DNA from: Candidatus Bathyarchaeota archaeon
GTDB lineage: Archaea; Thermoproteota; Bathyarchaeia; Bathyarchaeales; Bathycorpusculaceae
NCBI GenBank assembly: GCA_963811105.1
Contig: CAWEPZ010000002.1
Location: 128,001-192,000 of the forward strand
Length of the DNA stretch: 64,000 bases
Direction: 5' to 3'
The notes beneath the pieces are model-generated. The model was not told where the DNA came from. It did not search any database and saw only the letters and a program-made list of their open reading frames with translations. Positions within the stretch are counted from its first letter, which is position 1. Each line of letters begins with the position of its first letter. Both the position numbers and the translations under genes were made by a program. Below are positions 39,252-49,548 of the stretch, piece by piece.

Positions 39252-41000
39252 ATGAGAATTATTCCTACAATTCTACTTCTGGTCTTACTGTTAATATCAA
39301 GTATGGGATTAGTACAATGTTGGAGTAATGGTGGTTACTCTACTGATGACCCGTCAAACCCAAAGTATGGGACACATGATTGGATTGCTCAACATGCCTT
39401 AGATTGGCTGCCAAACCAAGAGAAACAGTACATAACAGATAATCTTGCAGCTTACCTTTATGGAACGGAGCTCCCAGACAACAACGATGCTTTAGCTCCA
39501 GGACACATAGGCGATACTTCAAAACACCATATATATTTTTATTCAAACGGGACATTGCAGGATGACAGCGCTGCAGTTAGGGCATCAACTGAATACCAAA
39601 CAGCACTAAACTTACTCAACTCAGGAAACTATTCAGGCGCTGCGGAAACTGCTGGAACAATGAGCCACTACATCGCTGATGTGGCAGTGTGGGCTCACGT
39701 TATGGGTGCAACCACGGACTGGGGTGCTGAACCAGATAACGTTCATTCGAACTATGAGTCTTATGTTAACACGAGAACATCAAGCTACATAGATACCTAC
39801 AACAGCTATTTAGTCTATGATGGCAGCCTTGTTAACTTGTCTGCATATAATGCAGCGATAAACCTTGCCAACGATAGCACCTTTGACCATGGTGGAATCT
39901 ACACTTGCGTTTGGATGAACAATAGCTATAGCACATCTAACCCTACTTACTGGAACCGTGCTGGAGAATCACTTAACCTTGCAGTAAATGCCCTTGCAGA
40001 CGTCCTTCACACTCTCTACATTAACTCTATCGCTCAACCAACGCCCTCTCCAACGCCTTCACCTACGCCTACAGCATCACCAACAACAACTCCGAGCCCT
40101 CCTCCTCCTACCCCAACAGCAACAGACCATATAGTAATCAATGAAATGGAACAAAACCCTCCTGGAACCGATGCTGGAAACGAATATATTGAACTTTATA
40201 ACCCCACCGCAAACAGCGTAGATATAAGCGGTTGGACTGTATCCACTACAGCTGGAGACATTGTTACCCTGACAATTTCGTCAGGAACAATAATTCAATC
40301 TAATGGATATTATTTGGTGGTGTCTGGTTCACAATGGTTAGATAACCAAGGTGAATCTGCCATTTTAAGAGGTTTTAGTGGGACTGAAGTAGACCGAACT
40401 CCTTCTTTTAGTGATACGTATGATGACAGCAGGAGTTGGCAGAGATATCCAAATGGTCAAGATACAGATTTAGCAGCCGATTGGGCGTTCTTGTCATCTA
40501 CAAAAGGAGCTTCTAACGGCGGGATACCAATTCCAACACCTTCGCCTACTCCGACAGCGACTCCAACTCATACACCTACTCCAACTCCAAGTCCTACGCA
40601 AACGCCAACCCCAAGTCCTACTCCTTCACCTTCTCCGACTCCAACTCCTTCACCTTCTCCGACTCCAACTCCTTCACCTTCTCCGACTCCAACCCCTTCA
40701 CCTACACCAACAGCGACTCCAACACCTACCCCAACGCCAACACCCACAGCAACTCTTGCACCTACCAATGCACCTACACAAGCACCAATAGCAACGGCTT
40801 CACCAACTCCACACGCAATCTCAACACCAACACAAGCTCCGACAGCTACGCCTTCTTCTTCCTCGAACCCAACTCCTACGCCCACAGTTCCAGAGATTCC
40901 AACTTTAATTCTGTCACTTTTTGCAGTAGCAATTCTTCTATCCGTTGTATTTATCAAAAAGAAAACTACAAAAAAAGCACCCATCCTTCTGTTTTTTTAA
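39252..41000 (+). CDS. Secreted Zn-dependent phospholipase C/P1-nuclease-fold protein with lamin-tail domain, PT linker and PEF-CTERM-like anchor
   Basis: Signal peptide then WSNGG...GTHDWI, ELPD, SHYIAD, HSNYE; [10 protein letters not shown]...EYIELYNPT...DISGW; VPEIP-TM-KKK. Confidence 0.82.
   Translation: MRIIPTILLLVLLLISSMGLVQCWSNGGYSTDDPSNPKYGTHDWIAQHALDWLPNQEKQYITDNLAAYLYGTELPDNNDALAPGHIGDTSKHHIYFYSNGTLQDDSAAVRASTEYQTALNLLNSGNYSGAAETAGTMSHYIADVAVWAHVMGATTDWGAEPDNVHSNYESYVNTRTSSYIDTYNSYLVYDGSLVNLSAYNAAINLANDSTFDHGGIYTCVWMNNSYSTSNPTYWNRAGESLNLAVNALADVLHTLYINSIAQPTPSPTPSPTPTASPTTTPSPPPPTPTATDHIVINEMEQNPPGTDAGNEYIELYNPTANSVDISGWTVSTTAGDIVTLTISSGTIIQSNGYYLVVSGSQWLDNQGESAILRGFSGTEVDRTPSFSDTYDDSRSWQRYPNGQDTDLAADWAFLSSTKGASNGGIPIPTPSPTPTATPTHTPTPTPSPTQTPTPSPTPSPSPTPTPSPSPTPTPSPSPTPTPSPTPTATPTPTPTPTPTATLAPTNAPTQAPIATASPTPHAISTPTQAPTATPSSSSNPTPTPTVPEIPTLILSLFAVAILLSVVFIKKKTTKKAPILLFF
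40620..40702 (+). repeat. 24-bp coding tandem repeat (ACTCCTTCACCTTCTCCGACTCCA x3 plus a partial copy)
   Basis: Read directly; encodes TPSPSPTP linker units. Confidence 0.9.
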
Positions 41001-41577
41001 CTTTTTCAAGCCTTTTCTTTTTTTAATAGTGATCAACGTTATAATTGGAATGCTTGAATATGAAATGATATTATGTCAATCGCATTTGGACAGCACTATT
41101 ATAGCGGTTATTGTTTCAGCGATTATTTCCGTGGCAGTACTATTAGTTTCAAACTATTTTATCCAACCCAGAGGGTTTAGATATAACTTGATGGTTGAAA
41201 ATTTAGAGAAAAGGCTCGAAGTATATGGAACATTAATTACCATTATTGATTCTATGCAAGCAAAAAGACAACGTTTTCCAGCAGATAAAATTCCTGAAGA
41301 AGCGAAAAAATTTGCTTACGAAATGGAAAGTCCATTTGATTATAATCGACTCTTGGCGATCTTAGAAAAGAAGAATTATCTTTTTTCAAAAGAAATATCA
41401 CGCTTATGGTTTAAAGTGTTAAAGGAAGATGGTAATTTTCTTATTTTTTCATCCTTGAAGAAACCTGACAATCTAATATCTGTTGACTTCAAAGAAATGC
41501 AAGAGAAAGCTAAAATGGAATATTCAGAATTAAAAGCACAATATGAAAAGCTAACTTGTGTTAAATTGCCTAACTAA
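40945..41577 (+). CDS. Hypothetical membrane-anchored protein (true start probably about 41050-41065)
   Basis: TM segment followed by a helical domain (EKRLEVYG). Confidence 0.6.
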   Translation: MYLSKRKLQKKHPSFCFFNFFKPFLFLIVINVIIGMLEYEMILCQSHLDSTIIAVIVSAIISVAVLLVSNYFIQPRGFRYNLMVENLEKRLEVYGTLITIIDSMQAKRQRFPADKIPEEAKKFAYEMESPFDYNRLLAILEKKNYLFSKEISRLWFKVLKEDGNFLIFSSLKKPDNLISVDFKEMQEKAKMEYSELKAQYEKLTCVKLPN

Positions 41578-42210
41578 TGGTTAAAAATAATAACCCCCCT
41601 AAACTAAGCCCAATAACGCAGAATCAACAATATTGACGTTTATTACCTAAAATAGTGAGAGTGTTATGCCAGAATTGCCTTCCAAACTGTAAAACTTGCG
41701 GAATTAGTGAATAGGGCTTAAAATAGGCTTATTTTTACAACTTCCTGTGGCTTAAACCTTCGATTTTTAGCGGGGCGGTTTGAATCCGTGCCTAAAAAGC
41801 CGATGCCACACAGCGCACATAGTCTATAATATATGCAAGTGGAATCCGCATGTTTCTTTGCTTCTTTCGCAATTCGAGAAGAAATCCATGAAAAAAAGCG
41901 TGACAGTGTCTTGTCATGGTGTCAAATACTTACATTGAAAACCACTCGAAAAAGTTTTTGAAGATCACGAATTTTGAATCTTGGATTCATCTTGTTTGCA
42001 ATGTTTCCTTCAGCATTTTGCGCGCTTGAATCTTAATTCCGCCACTTGGTTTAATTGGGGTATTATCATATTGTGTCCAAAACAATATTTTTGATTAGCT
42101 TTGGATTGGGATGGTTGAATCCTTTTTGAATACGCCTAAGTGACTATTGTTAATATTTTATAAGCTAATAGAGACAATAACAATGTTTTGAATGCGAGGA
42201 TGTGCTGTTT

Positions 42211-43623
42211 TTGGCAAACGAGGATCATCTTGCGATTCTGAAAAAGGGAGTTGCGGTTTGGAACCAGTGGAGACAAGAAAATCCTTCCATTAAACCAGAC
42301 CTTAGCTATGCAAGACTTATTCAAGCAGATCTTATTGGAGCAGATCTTAGCAATTCAGATCTTGCCTATGCGATCCTTACGGAAGCAAACCTTGTCGATG
42401 CAGACCTGAGAGAAGCCCAGCTTTTCGGAGCACACCTCAGCAAAGCAAACCTTACCAGAGCAAACCTCACTAAATCAAACATTGGCGACGCAGACCTTAG
42501 GAAGGCAAATCTCACTCAAGCACACCTTGAGGAAGCAGACTTTGGATATGCAAACCTTAGTGAAGCAAACCTCAGCGGAGCATACCTTTATGGGGCATAC
42601 CTTGGTGGAGTAGACGAAGGATTAACAAACCTAAGAAAGATAAACCTTAGCAAAGCCTCGCTTGACGGAGCAGACCTTAGCGGGTCAGATCTTACGTATG
42701 CAAACTTTACTGAAGCAAAGGTTAGAGACGCACGTCTTTTTGGAGTAAACCTTAGGAAAGCAAACCTTACCAAAGCAGACCTTAGCGGGTCAGATCTTAC
42801 TGATGCTTGCCTTGTAGAGGCGGACCTTACAAAAGCTAACCTTACCGAAGTAAACCTTAACGGAGCAAACCTTAACAGAGCAAACCTTAACAGAGCAAAT
42901 CTAACCAAAGCAGACCTTAGCAAAGCATACCTTAGATATGCAAACCTCAGTAAAGCCAATCTAATTGGGACAGTAATAGTTGGAGCAAAATTGAACGGGG
43001 CAAAACTAACTGGTTGCAAAGTTTTTGGCATTTCTGCATGGGGGCTAAGAGGTTTGGAAGAGGCAGAGCAATCAAATCTTGTCATCACCCCTGTCGGCGA
43101 GCCTAAAATTACTGTTGATAATCTTGAAGTGGCTCAGTTTATCTACATAATGCTTCATAGCGAAAAAATTCGTTCAGTACTTGATACAATAACATCCAAA
43201 GTTGTTCTTATACTTGGTCGCTTCACTCCAGAACGAAAAGCGATATTAGAAGCAATTAGAATCGAGCTTCGCAAGAGAAACTATTTGCCTATATTGTTTG
43301 ATTTTGAGAAACCTAAAAGCAGGGACTTAACTGAAACAGTCTCAACTTTAGCTCATATGGCTCGGTTTGTTATTGCTGATATTACAGATGCGGCAAGCGT
43401 ACGTGAGGAATTGGGAAGAATTGTTCCTGATCTTCCATCGGTTCCAGTTCAGCCGATTCTTCGGTTTTCTGACAAAAAATACGCTATGTTTGAACACTAT
43501 GAGCGATACCCTTGGGTTCTTAAAATACATCGATACAATGACTTGGCTGATCTGCTTAATTCTCTTGTAGAAAAAGTCATTGCTCCTGCCGAAGAAAAAG
43601 CAAAGGAACTGCAAAAACGATGA
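42211..43623 (+). CDS. Pentapeptide-repeat protein with C-terminal TIR/NDT-like alpha-beta domain
   Basis: MANEDHLAILKKGVAVWNQWR start, A(D/N)Lxx repeats, then VLILGRF...FDFEKP...FVIADIT...EELG. Confidence 0.88.
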   Translation: MANEDHLAILKKGVAVWNQWRQENPSIKPDLSYARLIQADLIGADLSNSDLAYAILTEANLVDADLREAQLFGAHLSKANLTRANLTKSNIGDADLRKANLTQAHLEEADFGYANLSEANLSGAYLYGAYLGGVDEGLTNLRKINLSKASLDGADLSGSDLTYANFTEAKVRDARLFGVNLRKANLTKADLSGSDLTDACLVEADLTKANLTEVNLNGANLNRANLNRANLTKADLSKAYLRYANLSKANLIGTVIVGAKLNGAKLTGCKVFGISAWGLRGLEEAEQSNLVITPVGEPKITVDNLEVAQFIYIMLHSEKIRSVLDTITSKVVLILGRFTPERKAILEAIRIELRKRNYLPILFDFEKPKSRDLTETVSTLAHMARFVIADITDAASVREELGRIVPDLPSVPVQPILRFSDKKYAMFEHYERYPWVLKIHRYNDLADLLNSLVEKVIAPAEEKAKELQKR

Positions 43624-43716
43624 AAAAGTGATTGCAATACAATGATGTTGTTTGTATCCTCAAAAAAATCAATGAAGAAAATGTTAGATCTCGAAAGAAA
43701 AGTGATTGTTTGAGCC

Positions 43717-44312
43717 TTAGAACTTTTGCGCGTAGATTCTCTTCTGTAGAGGTGTGTCTGCTTAGAATTGAATTTAAGAATGTGCCGCCGAAAAAACAAG
43801 AGAATCTGCTTTTCAGTTGCGACTATGCTTTTGTTCTGAACGTTTTAATCGATCTTCAAGTTTTCTTTCCCGTTATTTCTTCTCAAGCCCAGCTAATGGA
43901 GCCATAGCAAGAACAGTAAGACCCCGCTCAATTTTCTTGAATACGTCCATTTGCATTGCGCCTCTGTCAAATCTTACGATTTCAAATTCATAAAGCAAGT
44001 TTCCAAAATTGAAATATATATCAAGAATCGGAATATCCCGTTAGAGTCCTCAATCGATGAAGACGAAATAGCAAAATCTACCGATGAGCATCCTCAAGCG
44101 CGCCTAAACAACTTTAGAAAACAAAAATTACTCTTCTAGAGACTTTCCCATTAGCTTTTTTCTGCTAGCGAAAATCAAAACCCTACGTCTCTAAGAAATT
44201 GCTATCTTGACTATTAATTCAATGTGCTAAGACATAAACTCTCACTACTTATAATTCGTTGAGGATACGAAAAATAAATCCCTGCATCAATCACTACATT
44301 TTGTCTACCCAT
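43717..44312 (-). pseudogene. Decayed PIN-domain-like gene (copy 2)
   Basis: Starts MGRQNVVIDAGI; later FEIVRFD...FKKIERGL...KADSLVFSAAH...ADTPLQKR with several stops. Confidence 0.6.
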
Positions 44313-44630
44313 TATAACCCAAGACGTTTAGCATAAGTTGAAGCACTTAAGCAAAGTACGAATGACAAATAGGAAAGAAAGTGGAAATTAGATAATATTA
44401 CGAAGATGCGCAAATTGGAAACGTTGCACCTGACATTCAAGAACATTTTGGTTGGTTATCGTTTCGACAAAACGGTTGGAACGATCCTTGAAGAGAGTCA
44501 TGTTATGTCCATTGCCTAGTTAAGGGAAAGATATGCTTACCATAAGACTTTACGACACCAGACAATGTTGCGTGTTCATTTTTGCAGAAGGTTAAGGCAG
44601 ACCCATCGTTGCACTAATCTGCATGATTTG

Positions 44631-45413
44631 CTAACGATTCGTTTTTTTTGCAGGAACAGCATTTAGGTTTTGTGCTGCACTCCCACTTTCAGTTTCTGTT
44701 TTTCCTATTTTTATTAATGCTGAAACTTGGTTAAGCAAATTAATTGCCCATACTGCACTATATCCACCAAGTCCGCATAACAGCATTACAAAGTACAGTT
44801 GTTGGTCTTGCGCAAACTGTGATTGCCCTGTAGCTGCAATAAACCCAGCATAGAAAATAAAGTATACTAATGCCCCCAATATGGCACCAATGAGTGGTAA
44901 TGAAATATACCAAGTATACCATACTCTTCTGAAAGCTTGGTTGTTTATGTTCTGCCAGTGATACCAGAACCCTTGCAAAACACCTCCTGTGGAACCCCAG
45001 ATAAACGCCCACGTTGGAACCCAAAGTATTGAACTGGATAGCATCCAATTCGTCCAACCAAACCAAATTACTAAGTTAAAAATAAATACTGAAATTAGGT
45101 ACGTCAATGCAAGTCCCCCATAATACTCCACGAATCGCCACCAAAAACCCTTACCGTCTATAGCCTGACTGAATTCCATGCGCGCAGAACTGTACGCCAT
45201 AGAGGCATTGTCAATATCTGGGGGGTCCGTGCGTAAGAACTTGAAAGCTGCGATTATGTTTGTTTGAATATTATCGTGCATGGCGGTAGTGGAGCATCCT
45301 TGCTTTGGTTTGTTTGCAGCACAAAATAATCCATTCTCAGTGGAAGTGTCAAAATGAGTTTGTAAATCCGTAATTTGAGAATATAAATAATCGAACTGAG
45401 GCTGTTTAGACAA
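44631..45413 (-). CDS. Hypothetical membrane protein (N-terminal helical domain plus 4 TM)
   Basis: GSTGG...WYTWYISLPLIGAILG motif; four TM helices. Confidence 0.7.
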   Translation of the reverse strand: MSKQPQFDYLYSQITDLQTHFDTSTENGLFCAANKPKQGCSTTAMHDNIQTNIIAAFKFLRTDPPDIDNASMAYSSARMEFSQAIDGKGFWWRFVEYYGGLALTYLISVFIFNLVIWFGWTNWMLSSSILWVPTWAFIWGSTGGVLQGFWYHWQNINNQAFRRVWYTWYISLPLIGAILGALVYFIFYAGFIAATGQSQFAQDQQLYFVMLLCGLGGYSAVWAINLLNQVSALIKIGKTETESGSAAQNLNAVPAKKTNR

Positions 45414-45543
45414 AATTTTCCCTCGGCCGTATTTTAGCTATTACAACTTTTTTTATAGCTTAATATGTGTACTTTTCTTTTTAACTTTTGTCCTACGACA
45501 GAAGATGGATACTTTAGCGAAGTGTAACTTTAGCAATAAAAGA

Positions 45544-45606
45544 ATAATTGGAGTAAAATTGAATGGAGCAACTCTTACTGATCATAAAGTCTTTGCTATT
45601 TCTGCT
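45544..45606 (+). pseudogene. Remnant of a second pentapeptide-repeat gene
   Basis: IIGVKLNGATLTDHKVFAISA versus IVGAKLNGAKLTGCKVFGISA in the intact gene (about 42976-43038). Confidence 0.6.
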
Positions 45607-45827
45607 GTCGCCAAGCTGCAAAATCCAAGAATACCGTTAAACAAATTAGGTGCCTTCTTTAGTTAGTCTCAAATACGGTTACGCGCATACTCAGAGTTAC
45701 AAAATATAGCGAAGAAGAAAGGGGATTATAGCTCCAAAAAGAAGCACAATGATTCAGAATGTCATGTTTCAAGGCTTAATGACAGAACAACAAGTGAATT
45801 AGGGATACGCAAACTTAAAAAAATCAA

Positions 45828-46193
45828 TTGAGATTGTCGATATTTGGAGCGACGAGTTTGACCGAGCAAGAAAAAGTAGCTTATTTGCAAAAGAAAATCA
45901 AAGAAGCAAAAAAATGGAAGACAACTGGGACAATAGTTATCCTTATAGGAATTGTCAGTATTTTTCTTGGAATAATGCTTGATAGTTTCTCGGAATTTAC
46001 TATTGTTGCATTTTGTCTTGCTTATGGAATTTATCTTTTTGTGCGCCATACTGGACAATCCAATAATCTAGTAAAAGAACTGGAAAAAATGAATCGAACA
46101 ATCCCTAACCCACCATGCCTTAACTGTGGAAAGGAACTACCAAACAAAAACTATGGATTTTGTCCATTCTGCGGAGCATCACTCAAACACTGA
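45828..46193 (+). CDS. 2-TM membrane protein with C-terminal zinc ribbon
   Basis: CLNCG...FCPFCG. Confidence 0.75.
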   Translation: MRLSIFGATSLTEQEKVAYLQKKIKEAKKWKTTGTIVILIGIVSIFLGIMLDSFSEFTIVAFCLAYGIYLFVRHTGQSNNLVKELEKMNRTIPNPPCLNCGKELPNKNYGFCPFCGASLKH

Positions 46194-46245
46194 ACCTTTC
46201 AAATTCCGAAATATCCATCTATCTCATTTCAGTCGGTTACTAACT

Positions 46246-46428
46246 TTAAAAATATTCAAATTTTCCACCGCACATAAGGCATTCAGTTGGAAACGCCTTT
46301 TGACTACGCATCAGTTGATATGAGCACAAAAAGCAGAAGTAAATCTGGCATTTGTAACAGCATTTGAAGCCTCCTGCAATCATCCTACCGCAAGCATCGC
46401 ATGGTCGAGTTAAATCAACCATAATTGC
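46246..46428 (-). CDS. Small C4C4 RING-like zinc-finger protein
   Basis: CDAC-x10-CYKC-x4-CFLC-x14-CLMC. Confidence 0.65.
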   Translation of the reverse strand, partial: AIMVDLTRPCDACGRMIAGGFKCCYKCQIYFCFLCSYQLMRSQKAFPTECLMCGGKFEYF

Positions 46429-46602
46429 CATATAGCTAAAAATGCGCATAAAAGGCAAATGTTGAAGAGACATCTTGGATTAGTGGAGGGCTAAATTAAA
46501 GTGATCAGAAGAAAAGTAACAAATCTTAAGAACAAATTCAACCTTTAATGCTTACTCATACTATTTGATGATAGCGCCGAGCAAATTTGAAGGAAAAGAT
46601 GA

Positions 46603-47475
46603 ATGACCGATTTTACTTATAAATTACCCGATTCTTCAAGTTTTCTTGAAGCACTTTTAATTTTGTTAAGAGAAAAAAACAATTACACAATTGCCAATTG
46701 GCTTTCTGAGACTAAGTTATCGCTTACAAACACAGGTACATTTTCACGGTATAAAGGAGGAAAAATTTGGAATGCATATGCCATAATTGCAGATTTTGCC
46801 ATATATCGCTTTGAGTATCTTGACCTAATAAAATACTTCAAAGAAGAGGAAATGGAAATCGTAAAGTTAAGATGCAATGAAGTTATGCCCCAAGATTCTG
46901 GATATGAGGTAACAGAAGTTAAGCTATCAATTTCTGTGGAAGATAGAAAGCAAGGTCGAGATGCAATGCAGGATATAAAGAAAATCACCGAGGAATTGCC
47001 ACAGAAGATGATGGTTGCAGTAATACCCGATGAAATTGAAGTTAAAGCTAAGGAAATGTCTGAAGTCTATCTTTTTACCTATTGCATTGAAAATTCTTTG
47101 AGGGCATTCATCGAAAAAATTGCTTTGGATAACTATGGTGATAAATATCTTGAGTCTTTGATTTTATCAAAAGAAATGAAGGATAAAATCAGAAAAAGAA
47201 AAGAATCAATAGGAAAGAAGAAATGGCTTAGTGCAAGAGGAACCTCTGACATATTCTATTTGGATATTGAAGACTTAGGTAATCTGATTCAAAATAATTG
47301 GACCATTTTCAAGGATTACTTTGAAAGCATTCAATGGATTACAACAAACATTAGTGAAATTGCGGATTGCAGAAATACAGTTGCACATCATGGATATTTG
47401 CAAGCACACGAGCGAGATATAATCAGAATAAACTTCATAAAAATACTTAAACAAATAAGTGACACTTTCAAATGA
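46603..47475 (+). CDS. Swt1-like HEPN domain protein
   Basis: YCIENSLRAFI, DLGNLIQNNWTIFKDYF, RNTVAH (RxxxxH). Confidence 0.8.
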   Translation: MTDFTYKLPDSSSFLEALLILLREKNNYTIANWLSETKLSLTNTGTFSRYKGGKIWNAYAIIADFAIYRFEYLDLIKYFKEEEMEIVKLRCNEVMPQDSGYEVTEVKLSISVEDRKQGRDAMQDIKKITEELPQKMMVAVIPDEIEVKAKEMSEVYLFTYCIENSLRAFIEKIALDNYGDKYLESLILSKEMKDKIRKRKESIGKKKWLSARGTSDIFYLDIEDLGNLIQNNWTIFKDYFESIQWITTNISEIADCRNTVAHHGYLQAHERDIIRINFIKILKQISDTFK

Positions 47476-47679
47476 AGACTAAACTTAGACTGAAGTGCAA
47501 ATCTTGCGGTCACTGGAATAGAACAGAAGTTGAAAAGTTATTCTTTAACATAGATAGCCAAGAGCCTTAAGGTGCAATTGTTTTTGCCTTCATATTTATC
47601 TCTTAAAACTGAAACATGCTCTAAGTGCAAAAGTGTGATGGCAGAACCAAAAATAGCAATCAAGATTGTGAAAAATTGA
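47472..47679 (+). pseudogene. Small zinc-ribbon protein with a 1-nt frameshift near 47568
   Basis: MKTKLRLKCKSCGHWNR...SQEP / KVQLFLP...TCSKCKSVMAEPK...KN*; ATGA overlap with the HEPN gene. Confidence 0.65.
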
Positions 47680-48401
47680 GCAAACAAGAGAAAAGGGCAA
47701 AAGCAATTGCCAACCTTAAAATGGAATTTTGCAAGATCATAAAAGGTATATTTGAATTTAAGAAGGCTTTTTTATTTTACTTCATTGTTTTGCTCATTAG
47801 CGTAATTATTTTTGGCATCTCTCAGTTTTACTCTAATTTAGAGAACATACTTTCAGCATCCAGAGCAACTCAATGGGGTATCATTACCTCTATTTTTGTT
47901 CACTCTAACCTTGCGCATTTGGCTTTTAATATGGGAAGTTTATTTGCATTTATTTTTTTCTTTGCATTTTGCAATTCTACATTCAGTCTTCAAATCAAGA
48001 GGAGAATAGAAAACTTTTTTTTAGTTTCAGTTTTTGTATTTGCTGTAACCTCTAATATCTTATGGATAGCTCTTGCTTCAAAGGGCACAATTGGGGCTTC
48101 AGGATTAGTTTACGCAGTTGAAGGTGACCTCATAGGCTTTTCACTTGTCAATAGCTTGCAGTTGCACAGTCTTTCTAAATTTAAGGTTCTGAACATTACA
48201 ACAAGGTTAGTAGTTTTTATGAATATTGTTGTTTGTTTTGCTGTGATAGCTGAAGTTTTCCTAAATACAGATATTTTTCTTGGTGTTGGACAAGGTGTGA
48301 ACATAATTTCTCATGGTTTGTCTTTTCTATTGGGACTTTTTATTAGCTTTATCTGGTGTTACGCTATTGCAAAGGTATCTATTCTGAACCGAATGGCTTA
48401 A
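47676..48401 (+). CDS. Rhomboid family intramembrane serine protease
   Basis: TSIFVH...HLAFNM, GASG, SHGLSFLLG; likely TTG start at 47676. Confidence 0.85.
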   Translation: MSKQEKRAKAIANLKMEFCKIIKGIFEFKKAFLFYFIVLLISVIIFGISQFYSNLENILSASRATQWGIITSIFVHSNLAHLAFNMGSLFAFIFFFAFCNSTFSLQIKRRIENFFLVSVFVFAVTSNILWIALASKGTIGASGLVYAVEGDLIGFSLVNSLQLHSLSKFKVLNITTRLVVFMNIVVCFAVIAEVFLNTDIFLGVGQGVNIISHGLSFLLGLFISFIWCYAIAKVSILNRMA

Positions 48402-48444
48402 ACTTTTATGTGCATACAAATCAAATACCAACGTAGGTAAGAAT

Positions 48445-48888
48445 ATGAGTGAATTAATTGGTCCTCTTGCAGGTATCCTTATTGGATTTGGTCTAGATAG
48501 AACATACACTGGCTATAAAGACCGCAAGCATAGGCGAGAGTTAAAAGTAAACTTGGAAACGGAATTAAAGAAATGCAAAGAACTCTTAACTGGAAAAGGT
48601 AACTTATTGCCTACAGTAATGTGGAATTCAGCTATTTCAAGTGGCGATATTGGGCTTCTTTCTTTTACTGATAGAACTAAACTATCATCACTTTATTTTG
48701 AAATCGACAATTTTAATTATGAAGCAAAGAGAGTAAGAGATGTTGCAGTTATAGTAAATTCTTCACATGGCAATGATGCCATAGCATATTGGAAAGGTCT
48801 AACCGTTTCTATTATGAATAATGAGTTACTATTAAAAGAAAAAATAGATAAAATGCTTGAGGAACAACTTTGGAACAATAGAAGTTAG
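48445..48888 (+). CDS. Hypothetical protein with N-terminal membrane anchor
   Basis: 147-aa ORF. Confidence 0.65.
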   Translation: MSELIGPLAGILIGFGLDRTYTGYKDRKHRRELKVNLETELKKCKELLTGKGNLLPTVMWNSAISSGDIGLLSFTDRTKLSSLYFEIDNFNYEAKRVRDVAVIVNSSHGNDAIAYWKGLTVSIMNNELLLKEKIDKMLEEQLWNNRS

Positions 48889-49548
48889 ACTTAAAAGAAT
48901 AGTTGAATTAGGTTTTACGTCTCAATGTCTGTGTATGACACTTTTTCTCCTTGACAGGGAGTGAAGATTGCTAAGCCAATTCTGTTATCTATGATTGCTA
49001 ATGAATGGTTCTTTACAATTATCTAATTTGCTCTATGCAATATTTGGATAAACCTTTGAATTGTATTGCATAACCTGTTTGTGGGGATTATTGGGTTCAT
49101 TTTCTATTGTAGACATGGCTTGAGATCCCAACTCTGGACTTTTGAATGCAATTTCTTTAAGAAGATTCATAGCTGAACTTTATTCAAGGAAAATAACCCT
49201 TCTTGCTTTAGCGTTGCTAATTCTCCTTAGTTTTTGACAGTTTTTTGTTCATGAAATAAATGTAGATGTCAACGTTGTAGCTTTTGTTTTCAATAGGAGT
49301 TTTATGGGTGTTCATACTTTTACTTTGCATAATTTACCTTCTATGCGTACAGTTAAAAGAAAGTAATCCTTATTGCCAAATAACACTTTTTGAGTACACT
49401 AATTCGTTAATTAAACCAAGTACAGTTTGCTTTTCGAGAATTTCACTCCTGCAGGCTTAGAAACTTTTCTTTCCTTCAAAGCAGACTGGTTCAATCAAAC
49501 TTGGACATAAAATGTAAGGACATAGGATTAAGTGGTCAAAAACAGGCA

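Noticed and set aside
40620-40702. 24-bp repeats as a possible CRISPR array
   Set aside because: Contiguous, in-frame coding repeats without spacers
40568-40984. GV-repeat ORF on the minus strand
   Set aside because: Antisense of the PT linker
41770-41795. GGTTTGAATCC T-loop-like hairpin
   Set aside because: Short stem only; no cloverleaf on either strand
42588-43088. Repetitive minus-strand ORF and CRISPR-like periodicity
   Set aside because: The 15-bp periodicity comes from pentapeptide codons; there are no spacers
43497-44139. ORFs 43497-43799, 43632-43907 and 43951-44139
   Set aside because: Alternative frames over the PIN-like pseudogene
48900-49540. Gene-sized gap with broken minus-strand frames
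   Set aside because: Probably a decayed gene, but no family could be recognised
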